From positions 1-64,000 of the forward strand of contig JANOTL010000153.1 of NCBI GenBank assembly GCA_031416315.1: a DNA stretch of 64,000 bases, written 5' to 3'. The stretch comes from Pseudomonadota bacterium. Lineage in GTDB: Bacteria > Bdellovibrionota_B > Oligoflexia > Oligoflexales > CAIYRB01. The translations under genes and the position numbers were made by a program. This document shows, piece after piece, positions 49,812 to 58,979 of this stretch. A model generated the notes under the pieces. It saw only the letters and a list, made by a program, of their open reading frames with translations. It was not told where the DNA came from and made no database searches. Every line of letters begins with the position of its first letter. Position 1 is the first letter of the stretch.

Positions 49812-51491
49812 ATGAGCTTGCCCACATTTTCGATCGCCGCTTTTGTCGCCTTCGGTGCCTTCGGCTGCAACTCCAGCTCGTCGAGCTCGAGCGGGTCGGC
49901 GCCTCCGTCCGCGCCGGCTCCCGAAGAAGAGATCGTCGTCGCGACGCCGTCGGCTCAGGTGGCAGGCTCCTACCTGACCGTCGCCTGCTCTGCGGACACG
50001 AGCGCCAGCGTATTGAAAGACGAGGCGGCTGCGGCCGACGTTACGGCCTGCCTTCTCAAGACCGCCGACGGTGCGCCGGCCGTCCTCGCCTCGGTCTCGA
50101 TCGAAGTGGTGAAAAAAGACGGGACGCGCTTCACTCCGGCCGTCGTGGCGAAGGAGATCGAAAGCCCATGGCATGCTGCCGTGCGGCTCGACCCGGCCGA
50201 TCGCGCTGAGACCGACCGATTCGAGATCGTGTATGCCGAGCCTGGAAAACCAGTCGCGGCGACGGCGACCTCGAACTTCACTTTCGACTGGAAAAACGAT
50301 CCGGCCTTCGCGATCGTCCTCGTCGCCATCGACGAGCAGCTCGCCCTGGCCCGGCCACCCCGCGCCCTGCCCTTTGACGCCGAGGGGCTCATCGCGACCG
50401 CCACCGCCTTCGGCACGCCCTTTCATTTCGCCTTCGTGACCGAAGAGCTCTACACCGGCAACTTTGGGGGAATCGAGGGCGCCGACGCGATCTGCACGGC
50501 AGCCGGTGCTCGCTTTGCGACCAACCGCACCTGGTTCGCGGCCCTCAGCACGGCAAGTGTCAACGCACGCGACCGTCAACCCATTGACCACCCGGTGACG
50601 AACTTCGTGGGCGGGCTGCCATATTTCGAAGGCTCATTCTTCGAGCAGCCGCTCGAGGACAACCTCACATTCACGCAGCTTGGCTATGACGTGCGTTGGT
50701 CCATTGCCGGCGTCACCCCGCCCCGGATCAACGGCCTCGTCTGGACGGGGAGCGACGACAAGGGTCGCTTCAACGGCTCGAGCTGCTCCGACTGGAGCTC
50801 CGACGATGCCACGACCTCGGGTACGGTTGGTCTGATGGACTCTATCGAAAAAAAGCAGAGCTGGGTCTCGCGTAAAGCGCAAAACTGCAGCAGTCGCGCG
50901 CGACTTCTGTGCGTCAGCAGCGTTGCCGCCACGCCGATCGCAGTCCCAAAAATGCCGGACGGAACCGACCCCGCGCCTTCCCGAAAGCTTCGGAGCTGCG
51001 CCAAGACAGACCCGCGCGACACAGTGCCGCCTCCGACCGACGAGGCGATCGTCCCAGGGATCCGCGCCGTCGGCACTATCGACGGCGAGAACGCCCGCAT
51101 CTTCTGCCCGGAGCTCCCCGGATCCTCGCATTTGCGCACCGCGACCTTCGGCGCGCATTCCGGCTACTCGATCACTTGTTCCGCCGTCGATCCTCCGAGA
51201 CAACTCGATCTCTCTTTCTTCGGATTCGAGGTCGGCAAACTGTTCTACGTCCAGGCGCCCTGGGAAGGTAGCGCCTCGAACGTCAGCGCTCACCTACGTC
51301 TTGGCGAGAAAGAGTTCCTACACGCACCAGGTCCCATCGCGCGCGACCGGCTCGACCGCTTGAGCGGCATCATCTACGGGATCACAGACGGCCGCGTGCG
51401 CGGTTGCGTCGAAGGTTTTTTTCGCAAGTCCGATACGACCTCGGCGGGCTTCTTTCGCGCGGTATTCGACCTCGGGGCTCCGAACCCGTAA
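49812..51491 (+). CDS. Lipoprotein with a DUF1554/endostatin-like domain
   Basis: Lipobox AFGC; FVT..YTGNFGGIEGADAIC, VWTGS, CSDWSS, LLCV. Confidence 0.75.
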   Translation: MSLPTFSIAAFVAFGAFGCNSSSSSSSGSAPPSAPAPEEEIVVATPSAQVAGSYLTVACSADTSASVLKDEAAAADVTACLLKTADGAPAVLASVSIEVVKKDGTRFTPAVVAKEIESPWHAAVRLDPADRAETDRFEIVYAEPGKPVAATATSNFTFDWKNDPAFAIVLVAIDEQLALARPPRALPFDAEGLIATATAFGTPFHFAFVTEELYTGNFGGIEGADAICTAAGARFATNRTWFAALSTASVNARDRQPIDHPVTNFVGGLPYFEGSFFEQPLEDNLTFTQLGYDVRWSIAGVTPPRINGLVWTGSDDKGRFNGSSCSDWSSDDATTSGTVGLMDSIEKKQSWVSRKAQNCSSRARLLCVSSVAATPIAVPKMPDGTDPAPSRKLRSCAKTDPRDTVPPPTDEAIVPGIRAVGTIDGENARIFCPELPGSSHLRTATFGAHSGYSITCSAVDPPRQLDLSFFGFEVGKLFYVQAPWEGSASNVSAHLRLGEKEFLHAPGPIARDRLDRLSGIIYGITDGRVRGCVEGFFRKSDTTSAGFFRAVFDLGAPNP

Positions 51492-51500
51492 GCTCAGCCG

Positions 51501-52346
51501 ATGTTCTACAAGACCATTACCCCACCTCCGGCCCTCGAGCCCTTCGTCGACTGCTTCTGGATCCTCGCGGCGGAAACAGCGGAAGGTAGCGCCGAAGCCG
51601 AGCCCGAGATCGTCCTCCCCGACGGCAAGACGGAGCTGATCGTTCACTTCGGCGACGACTTTCTGAAGCTCGAGGGCGAGGCTTACGTGCGCCAGGCGCG
51701 CGTCTTGATGTCGGGGCAGCTTACGGAACGCATCCTACTGCGTCCCACCGGGACAATCGGCGTGGTCGCCGCGCGTTTCAAAGCCGCTGGCGCCGCGCGC
51801 TTCTTCCACATTCCGTTCGAAGAGATCGTCGACCAAGTCATCGACTTCTCCCGCTACGAGAAGGCGACCTCGACCGCCATCTACGATGAAGTCGCGCGCG
51901 CCGCATCACATGAAGACAGATTGGCCGCAATGCAAACGCTGCTCGAGCGTCTTCTCAGCGTCGAATCGCAAGAAGACGTCTTTGTCCGTCAAGCGTGCCA
52001 GTACATCACGAAGTCCGAAGGCGAGTACTCGGTGCAGGAGCTGGTCAAGCTCATCGGCTTCAGCGAGCGCCAGCTCGAACGCAAATTCAAGAAGCAGGTC
52101 GGCATCACGCCGAAAATCCTGTCGCGCATCATGCGCTTTCAGAAGTTCCTCGCGATGACGAAGACCTCGAACACCCTCACGCTCTCGGACGCGGCGCTCG
52201 CCTGCGGCTACTACGACCAGTCGCACTTCATCCGCGACTTCACGCGCTTCTCGGGCGTCACCCCGATGCACTATTTGAACTCGTCCCACGCGATGTCGGA
52301 TGCCTTTGTCGGAAACGTACAATCGCCGAAAACGCCCTCGCGATAA
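51501..52346 (+). CDS. AraC-family transcriptional regulator
   Basis: VDCFW..LPDG N-terminal domain; SERQLERKF, GYYDQSHFIRDF. Confidence 0.93.
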   Translation: MFYKTITPPPALEPFVDCFWILAAETAEGSAEAEPEIVLPDGKTELIVHFGDDFLKLEGEAYVRQARVLMSGQLTERILLRPTGTIGVVAARFKAAGAARFFHIPFEEIVDQVIDFSRYEKATSTAIYDEVARAASHEDRLAAMQTLLERLLSVESQEDVFVRQACQYITKSEGEYSVQELVKLIGFSERQLERKFKKQVGITPKILSRIMRFQKFLAMTKTSNTLTLSDAALACGYYDQSHFIRDFTRFSGVTPMHYLNSSHAMSDAFVGNVQSPKTPSR

Positions 52347-52413
52347 CTTGGTTTCAGAGGCGGATGTAACCGCTTCGAAGGCTCTCAAACCCAAGTTATT
52401 CCAAGGAAATCAC

Positions 52414-52845
52414 ATGTATCAGATTGCCGTTCAAGACGTCTCCGCCCAGGCCGCCCTCGTCGTCAAAGGCAAAGTCCCTGTCGAGAACGCCGGCGAGGCC
52501 ATCGGCGGCGGCATCGGCGCCGTCGGCGCCTTTCTCGGCGCCCTCGCGCAGGAGCCCGTCGGCGCGCCCTTTACCCGTACCCTGAGCTTCGAGAACGGCG
52601 TCCTCGAGTTCGAGACCGGATTCCCCGTCGCCACCGCGACGAAAGGTCAAGGCGAGGTCATCGCGACCGAGCTCCCGAAGGGCCAGGTGGCGACGACGGT
52701 TCACGACGGCGACCAAGCCACGAGCGAAAACGCTTACAAAGCGATCCACGCGTGGATGGCGAGCAATGACAAAGCGCCCGCCGGCGCTCCTTGGGAGGTC
52801 TATCTGACTGAGACTTCTATGCAGATCTATTTTCCGATCCGATGA
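52414..52845 (+). CDS. GyrI-like small-molecule-binding protein
   Basis: ELPKGQVATTVHDG, AY.AI.AW, PWEVYL; AAGGA RBS. Confidence 0.85.
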   Translation: MYQIAVQDVSAQAALVVKGKVPVENAGEAIGGGIGAVGAFLGALAQEPVGAPFTRTLSFENGVLEFETGFPVATATKGQGEVIATELPKGQVATTVHDGDQATSENAYKAIHAWMASNDKAPAGAPWEVYLTETSMQIYFPIR

Positions 52846-52922
52846 CCCGATCGCCGGCTCAGGAATCACCCGCCCCCCCCGGCCGGGCGATTCCTGATAT
52901 GCTCGCATCATCGTCAACAGAA

Positions 52923-54155
52923 ATGGATGGGGCCACTTTGCGAAGGACTTTCTTGAGTCTTGCCGTCGGCGTCTCGACGGCCGGCGCCGCGATCATCGGA
53001 GTCACGGCCTGTAAAAACCGCGCCAACGCCGAGGAATCGACGCTCCGCAGTGAGGCCGCGCCGCCCGCAGCGGCAAGCTGCGAGCCGGTCGTCGCCGCCG
53101 ACGGAAAGGCCGTTTCCTCCACCTCCCTCAGCGCGTTGATCGCGCGGGCGAAGAACCCGGCCTGCAAAGCCCGTTTTCTCCAGCTGCCGCTCGTCCGTCA
53201 GACCAAAGGGTTTACGTGCGGCGCCGCGTCCCTGAAGTCGATCCTCTTCTATTTCGGGGATTTCATCGCGGAGACGGAGCTTCAGCGCATCCTTCGTTCG
53301 CACAAGGAAAACGGCACCTCGTTCAAGCGCATCATCCGTCTGGTGAGTGCTTTGAACGACAAGGCCTCACGCGAAAAGATCGCCGGGATGTACGGTTTCG
53401 ACTCGAAAGTCGACCTCAGCGAGCTCGAGCTCGTTCTGAACGACCCGGCAGTGCTAGCCGCGATCAAGGCGAAGGCTGGATCGAACGCGACGTTCGCGTC
53501 CGTCGTAAAGGGGATCGAGGCCTTGCGCACGGACGCACTGGACATCGATTCGATGGGCAGCCTCTCGACCGGGCTTGGCCTGACCGAAGGCGCCGAGCCG
53601 GTCGACTCCGGCCACCGCGTTCAGCCGCGCCTTCCAGTCGAGGCGGAGCCCCATCAGAACACGTACTCGACGAAGCTCTTTTTCGAGCCTCGACCATACG
53701 ATCCCAGCGGCCCCCGGCCCGAGGGTTGCCCCGCCGAGGCTCCCCCGGCCGTGGCGGGAAGCGTCGGGAAGACGCGGGCGATGACGCTCGGCGACTTGAC
53801 CCAGGCCATCGACGAGGGCAGCCCGGTTCTGGCGTTGACGCAGGCGTGGTCCTTCACCAACGACAAAGACTACGATTTGGCGGAATACTCGAAGTCCTGG
53901 TACTCAGGGCACTACGTCGTCGTGATCGGCTACGACGAAAAAAACATCTACTACATGGATCCGTACGACATGGGCCATTACGCCTTCCTTCCGAAGGCGG
54001 AGTGGGAGCGCCGTTGGCATGACTACGACGGCCTCCTGGCCGCTGACGGCACGACGCGCTGCCCTGGAGGGACCGAGCTCGAGCACTTCGGCCTCGTCAT
54101 CTCCCGCTCCGGCGGCCCGGCATACCGCCCCGACCTCATCACGAAGATGTACTGA
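52923..54155 (+). CDS. C39-family cysteine peptidase, Tat/lipoprotein signal, large internal insertion
   Basis: LRRTFL..VTAC; Q....TCGAASL; GHYVVVIGYD...MDP. Confidence 0.8.
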   Translation: MDGATLRRTFLSLAVGVSTAGAAIIGVTACKNRANAEESTLRSEAAPPAAASCEPVVAADGKAVSSTSLSALIARAKNPACKARFLQLPLVRQTKGFTCGAASLKSILFYFGDFIAETELQRILRSHKENGTSFKRIIRLVSALNDKASREKIAGMYGFDSKVDLSELELVLNDPAVLAAIKAKAGSNATFASVVKGIEALRTDALDIDSMGSLSTGLGLTEGAEPVDSGHRVQPRLPVEAEPHQNTYSTKLFFEPRPYDPSGPRPEGCPAEAPPAVAGSVGKTRAMTLGDLTQAIDEGSPVLALTQAWSFTNDKDYDLAEYSKSWYSGHYVVVIGYDEKNIYYMDPYDMGHYAFLPKAEWERRWHDYDGLLAADGTTRCPGGTELEHFGLVISRSGGPAYRPDLITKMY

Positions 54156-54226
54156 GCCTCCCTGCGATCCGGCCGCGCGAAAACGCTCAAAACGTTCTAG
54201 ACTGCGGCAAGACCAGGAGAGTTTTC

Positions 54227-54865
54227 ATGAAGAAAATCGATGTCACCCGCACCATCAGCGCCGTTATCCGCGAGGTCGTGAGCCGCGAGCACGAGGGTAA
54301 GCCCGTGCAGGTCGTGATCGCCACCCGTACGTTCGAGACGACCGGCGAGGACCTGTGGGATGCGCTCACCAACGAAGAGCGCATCCCGCGCTGGTTCCTG
54401 CCCATCTCCGGCGACCTGCGCGTCGGCGGTCGTTATCAGTTTCTAGGCAATGCCGGCGGCACGATCACGCGCTGTGAGCCGCAGCGCTACGTCTCCGTCA
54501 CCTGGGAGTTCGGCGGCTCGGTCAGCTGGGTCAGCGTCCGCCTCACGCCCGACAAGAAGGGCACCTGCCTCGAGCTCGAGCACATCCAGCCGGGCGGCAA
54601 CGAGCGCTGGGAGCAATTCGGCCCGGGCGCGGTCGGCGTGGGTTGGGACCTCGGCCTGATGGGCCTCGGCGAGCACCTGGCGACCAAGGCGATGGTGAAG
54701 AAGGAAGACGCCGTCGCCTGGTCGGCCTCGGAAGAGGGCAAGGATTTCGTGCGGCGCAGCAGCGAGGACTGGTGTCGAGCGGCAATCGCGGCCGGCGCGC
54801 CTGCGACGCGAGCGAAGGCGGCCGCGGCGCGGACGACGGCTGCTTACAATGCGGAAAAGCGCTGA
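54227..54865 (+). CDS. SRPBCC/AHSA1-family protein
   Basis: DLWDALT..RIPRWF.P.SGDLR.GGRYQ; LELEH; GVGWDL. Confidence 0.88.
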   Translation: MKKIDVTRTISAVIREVVSREHEGKPVQVVIATRTFETTGEDLWDALTNEERIPRWFLPISGDLRVGGRYQFLGNAGGTITRCEPQRYVSVTWEFGGSVSWVSVRLTPDKKGTCLELEHIQPGGNERWEQFGPGAVGVGWDLGLMGLGEHLATKAMVKKEDAVAWSASEEGKDFVRRSSEDWCRAAIAAGAPATRAKAAAARTTAAYNAEKR

Positions 54866-54900
54866 TCTACGATCGGCAGCTCACCGCATCACAGCTTCGA

Positions 54901-56322
54901 TTACGGGCAAGTGCCTGGCTGGTCCGCGCCGCCTTGCCCTTGGCATTCAGCGCCGTTGGCGCACTGGATGTTCGCGAGCCCGCCGCAAGCGCCGCCCGAG
55001 GCGCCCCATTCCGGCTGCGTTCCCGCGGCCTGGCAGGTTCCCGGCTCATCGCCCGCGCCCGCGCCGACGCACTGCGAGCCTTCGCCGCACGTAAAGCCGA
55101 CGAAGCCGCCGCACGGTCCGCCGCGCTCGCCCCAGTTCGGCTGGCCGTTGTTCTTCTCGCAGCGGCCCGGCTGATCCGCGGGTCCCGAGCCGCGGCAAAG
55201 GAGCCCCGCGTTGCAGGGAAAACCGACGAAGCCGCCGCAGAAGCCGCCTTCCTCACCGTACTGCGGCTGGTTCGCTAGCTTCTGGCAGCTGCCCGGTTGG
55301 TCGGCGAGACCTTGGCCCGCGCAGGTGAGGCCGGATTTGCACGCGATGCCGGCGAAGCCGCCGCATGCGCCGCCTTCGACGACGCCTTCGTCCGCCGCGC
55401 TCGCCGCGAATCCGGCGACCTTCTTCACGCACTTGCCCGGCTTGTCGGCGGGACCCGCGCCCTTGCACTGGAGCCCGGCCTTGCAGGAAATGCCGGCGAA
55501 ACCGCCGCAGGAGCCGCCCTCGACGCCCCACTTGTCCGCGCCGCCGTTCGTCGCGCCGCCGCCGGCGGTCGCGCCGCCCGTCGCCTTCAAGCACTTGCCC
55601 GGCTTGTCGGCGGGGCCGGAGCCCACGCATTTCAGGCCCGATTTACAGGCAAATCCGGCGAAGCCGCCGCAGCTGCCGTTCTCTTCGCCCCAGGTCGGAC
55701 CCGCGGGAGTCGCGGGCGCGGTCGAACCGCCGCCGGTGCTGCCGCCGGTCTTTTGCACGCACTTTCCGGGTTTGTCGGCCGGCCCGGCGCCGACGCAGGC
55801 GAGCCCGGTCTTGCAGGTGAAGCCGGCGAAACCGCCGCAGCTCCCGCCTTCCTCGCCCCAAGTCGAGCCGCTCGTCGGCGGCGGCGAGGTCGAGCCCGCG
55901 GTCGAGCCGGCGTTCGGGTCGTCGACGCACTTGCCGCCGGAGTCGCCGAGGCCGCCGCCGGACTGCTTGCACTTCAAGCCGGTGTTACACTTGATCGCGC
56001 CGAAGCCGCCGCAAAACTCGCCCTTCTTTGCCCCGGGGCCATCCTCGGCCGCGGGGCCGCCAGCGCCGCCGGCGACCGCATTCGGATTTTTCACGCATTT
56101 GCCGCCGGCGTCGCCGAGGCCGCCGCCGGACTGCTTGCACTTCAAGCCGTCGGCGCACTTGATGCCGCCGAAGCCGCCGCAGAATTCGCCCTCGCCCGCG
56201 TTGGCGCCGCCGGCCTCGACGCCGTCTTCGCTGCGCAGGCGCGCGCTATCGGCGGATTTACAGGCGAACGTCGTCACGACGGACGCCAATGCAGCGGCGA
56301 GGAAAAGCGTTGCGGCTCTCAA
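54901..56322 (-). CDS. Lipoprotein with nine 4-Cys repeats (CGGFAG..C..GL.C......GKC)
   Basis: TTG start 6 nt after AAGGAG; lipobox TFAC; repeats visible in the translation. Confidence 0.85.
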   Translation of the reverse strand: MRAATLFLAAALASVVTTFACKSADSARLRSEDGVEAGGANAGEGEFCGGFGGIKCADGLKCKQSGGGLGDAGGKCVKNPNAVAGGAGGPAAEDGPGAKKGEFCGGFGAIKCNTGLKCKQSGGGLGDSGGKCVDDPNAGSTAGSTSPPPTSGSTWGEEGGSCGGFAGFTCKTGLACVGAGPADKPGKCVQKTGGSTGGGSTAPATPAGPTWGEENGSCGGFAGFACKSGLKCVGSGPADKPGKCLKATGGATAGGGATNGGADKWGVEGGSCGGFAGISCKAGLQCKGAGPADKPGKCVKKVAGFAASAADEGVVEGGACGGFAGIACKSGLTCAGQGLADQPGSCQKLANQPQYGEEGGFCGGFVGFPCNAGLLCRGSGPADQPGRCEKNNGQPNWGERGGPCGGFVGFTCGEGSQCVGAGAGDEPGTCQAAGTQPEWGASGGACGGLANIQCANGAECQGQGGADQPGTCP

Positions 56323-56425
56323 GGGACACTCCTTCGATGCGGGCGGATCTCGCACCATTTTGCGGTGCCCCGGCCTGAATTTCAAATGATTTACATTCCG
56401 AGAGGCGCCACGTAACGTAGCGTTC

Positions 56426-56926
56426 ATGCGTGGAGACCTCGTGACCGAGCCGAAGCCGAAGAAGCAGCCGCCGCCCCCAGCTCTCGAGCTGCGAGACGTA
56501 CCGGTGAAAGGCCGCGGCGTATTCGCCGTACGCGACTTCGCCAAAGGCGAGGAAGTTCTGCAGTTCGTCGGCGACACGAAGGACGTGAAGGAATTCGCGG
56601 ACCTCACGTACGCGCTCCAGATTGGACCGACGACCTACCTAGGCCCGTCCGGACGGATCGACGATTACGTGAATCACTCCTGCGATCCGAACACGGGCGT
56701 GCGCGATCCCGACGGCCGCGTCGTGCTCTTCGCGCTGGAGGCGATCGCCAAAGGCGACGAGATCACCTTCGACTATTCGACGACGCAGGCGGGTCAGCAC
56801 TGGCCGATCAGCTGCGCATGCGGCTCCGCCAACTGCCGCGGCACCATCGGTGACTTCGCCGATTTGCCGCAGGAGCGGCAGCGCTACTTCCGGGATCGCG
56901 GCGCGCTCCTCGACTACCTTAAGTAG
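56426..56926 (+). CDS. SET-domain lysine methyltransferase with a post-SET motif
   Basis: KGRGVFA, NHSCDPN, EITFDY, CACGSANCRG. Confidence 0.92.
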   Translation: MRGDLVTEPKPKKQPPPPALELRDVPVKGRGVFAVRDFAKGEEVLQFVGDTKDVKEFADLTYALQIGPTTYLGPSGRIDDYVNHSCDPNTGVRDPDGRVVLFALEAIAKGDEITFDYSTTQAGQHWPISCACGSANCRGTIGDFADLPQERQRYFRDRGALLDYLK

Positions 56927-57788
56927 TTTTCAGCTTGACCTCGTAAAGGTCGATCCGCCGATCGTTCCAATTCTTCACGGTCCCGTGGGTTCGCGCTTGC
57001 TCCAAGAGCGCGAGGTCGATCTCCTCGACGAGCACCGCTTCGACGTTCGCCGACGCCTCGCCGGCGACGCCATCGCGCGCGAACCCGTGATCGGACGGCG
57101 TCAGCACCGCTGACCGAGCATAGTGGACGTCCATGTCGACGACACCACGCAGATTGCCGACGACGCCCGCCGTCACGACGTAGATCTGGTTCTCGATGCA
57201 ACGCGCTTGCGCGCAGTAGCGCACCCGGAGGAAGCCCCGGCGATCGTCGGTGCAAAACGGCACGAAAATGAGCCTCGCGCCGCGCTCCACTTGCAGCCGT
57301 GCCAGCTCGGGAAACTCGACATCGTAACAGACTTGGGTCGCCACCTTGCCGAAGGTCGTGTCGAACACGTTGACCGCATGGCCCGGAGCGATGCCCCACG
57401 TCGCGCGCTCGCTGGGCGTCACGTGGATCTTCGGCTGCGTTTCGTGGCGACCGTCCGGGTGAAAGAAATAGGAGACGTTGCGCACGGCGCCGTCCGCCTC
57501 AGTCGTGAAATGCGAGCCGCCGATGATGTGCATTTTGAGCCGCAGCGCTTCGGCACGGAAGAAGGCGAGGTAGCGCTCGGTGTACTGATGCAGGATTCGC
57601 GGCGCTTCCTGCGGTTTGGCGTCCGGATGCAGCGCGAGGAGCTGACACGTCAGCATCTCGGGAAACACCGCGAACTGGGCGCCGTAGCCGGCCGCGCTTT
57701 CAAGGAGGGCGCGACAGGTCCGCGCGAACTCTTCAAAGCTGCCGAGCGGGCGCATTTCGTATTGTAAAGCAGCGACACGACAGCGCAT
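56919..57788 (-). CDS. Carbon-nitrogen hydrolase family protein
   Basis: FPE, QPKIHVTP, CYDVEFPE, RVRYCAQARCIENQ. Confidence 0.9.
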   Translation of the reverse strand: MRCRVAALQYEMRPLGSFEEFARTCRALLESAAGYGAQFAVFPEMLTCQLLALHPDAKPQEAPRILHQYTERYLAFFRAEALRLKMHIIGGSHFTTEADGAVRNVSYFFHPDGRHETQPKIHVTPSERATWGIAPGHAVNVFDTTFGKVATQVCYDVEFPELARLQVERGARLIFVPFCTDDRRGFLRVRYCAQARCIENQIYVVTAGVVGNLRGVVDMDVHYARSAVLTPSDHGFARDGVAGEASANVEAVLVEEIDLALLEQARTHGTVKNWNDRRIDLYEVKLKTT

Positions 57789-57800
57789 TTCAACACCCTG

Positions 57801-57835
57801 CAAATTTGGATTGTGCAAAATTCAATTGTGTGCGA
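57801..57835 (+). promoter_or_regulatory. Putative OhrR operator
   Basis: AT-rich imperfect inverted repeat (GCAAAATT-C-AATTGTGT) upstream of ohrR-ohr. Confidence 0.5.
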
Positions 57836-57859
57836 TCTTTCTGGTGTCGGAGGTGCTTC

Positions 57860-58309
57860 GTGAATCCGCGAGAGCTACTGAAAATCGAGAACCAATTCTG
57901 TTTCGCGGCTTACGCCGTCTCGCGGGCGGTGATGCAGGCTTACGAGCCCCTCCTCGCCGATCTTGATCTGACGTACCCACAATACCTTGCGATGCTGGTT
58001 TTGTGGGAGCGCGACGACATCACGCTGAAAGACCTAGGCGATAAGCTCCGCCTGGACTCTGGGACCCTGACCCCCCTTTTGAAGCGTCTCGAAGGCAAAG
58101 GCCTCCTGACCCGCAGCCGGTCGAAGACCGATGAGCGCGCCTTGGAGATCGTCCTCACCGCCGCCGGAAAGAGGCTGCGCCAAAAAGCTCTAAAAGTGCC
58201 GGAAAATCTGGTTTGCCGGCTCAACACCCCGCTCGTGCGCGTCATCAAGCTACGCGACGACCTCAACGAACTGCTCCGTGCCATGGAGCAACAAGGAGAT
58301 ACCGTATGA
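57860..58309 (+). CDS. ohrR: MarR-family organic hydroperoxide sensor
   Basis: NQFCFAAY, LTYPQYL.MLVLWE, LDSGTLTPLLKRLE. Confidence 0.92.
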   Translation: MNPRELLKIENQFCFAAYAVSRAVMQAYEPLLADLDLTYPQYLAMLVLWERDDITLKDLGDKLRLDSGTLTPLLKRLEGKGLLTRSRSKTDERALEIVLTAAGKRLRQKALKVPENLVCRLNTPLVRVIKLRDDLNELLRAMEQQGDTV

Positions 58310-58719
58310 AAGCTCTCTATACTGCGTCAGTTCATATCGATGGCGGCCGCGACGGTAAAGTCCACTCCTCGGACGACATGCTCAACCTGTCCCTCGGGAT
58401 GGCGAAAGAGCTCGGCGGCGGCGGCAAAGGCGCCAACCCTGAGCAGTTCTTCGCCGCGGGCTACGGCGCCTGCTTCGAGTCGGCCGTCCGCCACGTCGCC
58501 CGCACCAAGAAAATCGCGGTGACCAAATCTTCGGTCGACGCGGAGGTCGACCTCCATAATCGCGAAGAAGGCGGCTTCAACCTGGCCGTGCGCCTGAAGG
58601 TGAGCCTCCCCGAGCTCGACCGCGCGACGGCCCAAGCACTCCTCGACGCCGCGCACCAGGTCTGTCCGTACTCCAACGCAACGCGCGGCAACATCCCGGT
58701 CGAGATCACCCTCGTCTGA
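58306..58719 (+). CDS. ohr: Organic hydroperoxide resistance protein
   Basis: GGRDG, NPEQFFAAGYGACF, VCPYSNATRGN. Confidence 0.96.
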   Translation: MKALYTASVHIDGGRDGKVHSSDDMLNLSLGMAKELGGGGKGANPEQFFAAGYGACFESAVRHVARTKKIAVTKSSVDAEVDLHNREEGGFNLAVRLKVSLPELDRATAQALLDAAHQVCPYSNATRGNIPVEITLV

Positions 58720-58979
58720 GTCCCGCGTGCCGCGGCGCGTCGGTCGAGGCGGCCTTCGGCGAGCTGAAGCCGGGCCGTCTCGACGCCGACGTCGCCACCG
58801 CTGAAATGCAGCGCTGATCAGGAGCGCACTTTTTGCGCCGCGACCTCGATCATGCTCACCACGGCGGCGACATCCTTCGCCGACGCGCAGCGGAACTCGA
58901 TCCAGTCAGCCGCCGAGCCTTTCGCTTTGAGCTTCACTTGCGTTCTCCGCTATCATCGTCGCACGCGATGGGAGCGTCG

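Noticed and set aside
54901..56200. Spaced DNA repeats as a CRISPR or DGR-like system
   Set aside because: Fully explained by protein repeats; no reverse transcriptase or cas gene
45332..56330. Identical 10-mer AAGGGACACT in the LysM trailer and at the Cys-repeat gene start
   Set aside because: Same sense in both mRNAs so they cannot pair; a single 10-mer match is plausible by chance
58818..58937. 39-aa minus-strand ORF (VKLKAKGSAADWIEFRC...) that looks like a gene remnant
   Set aside because: Too short, no clear RBS; family cannot be supported without a search
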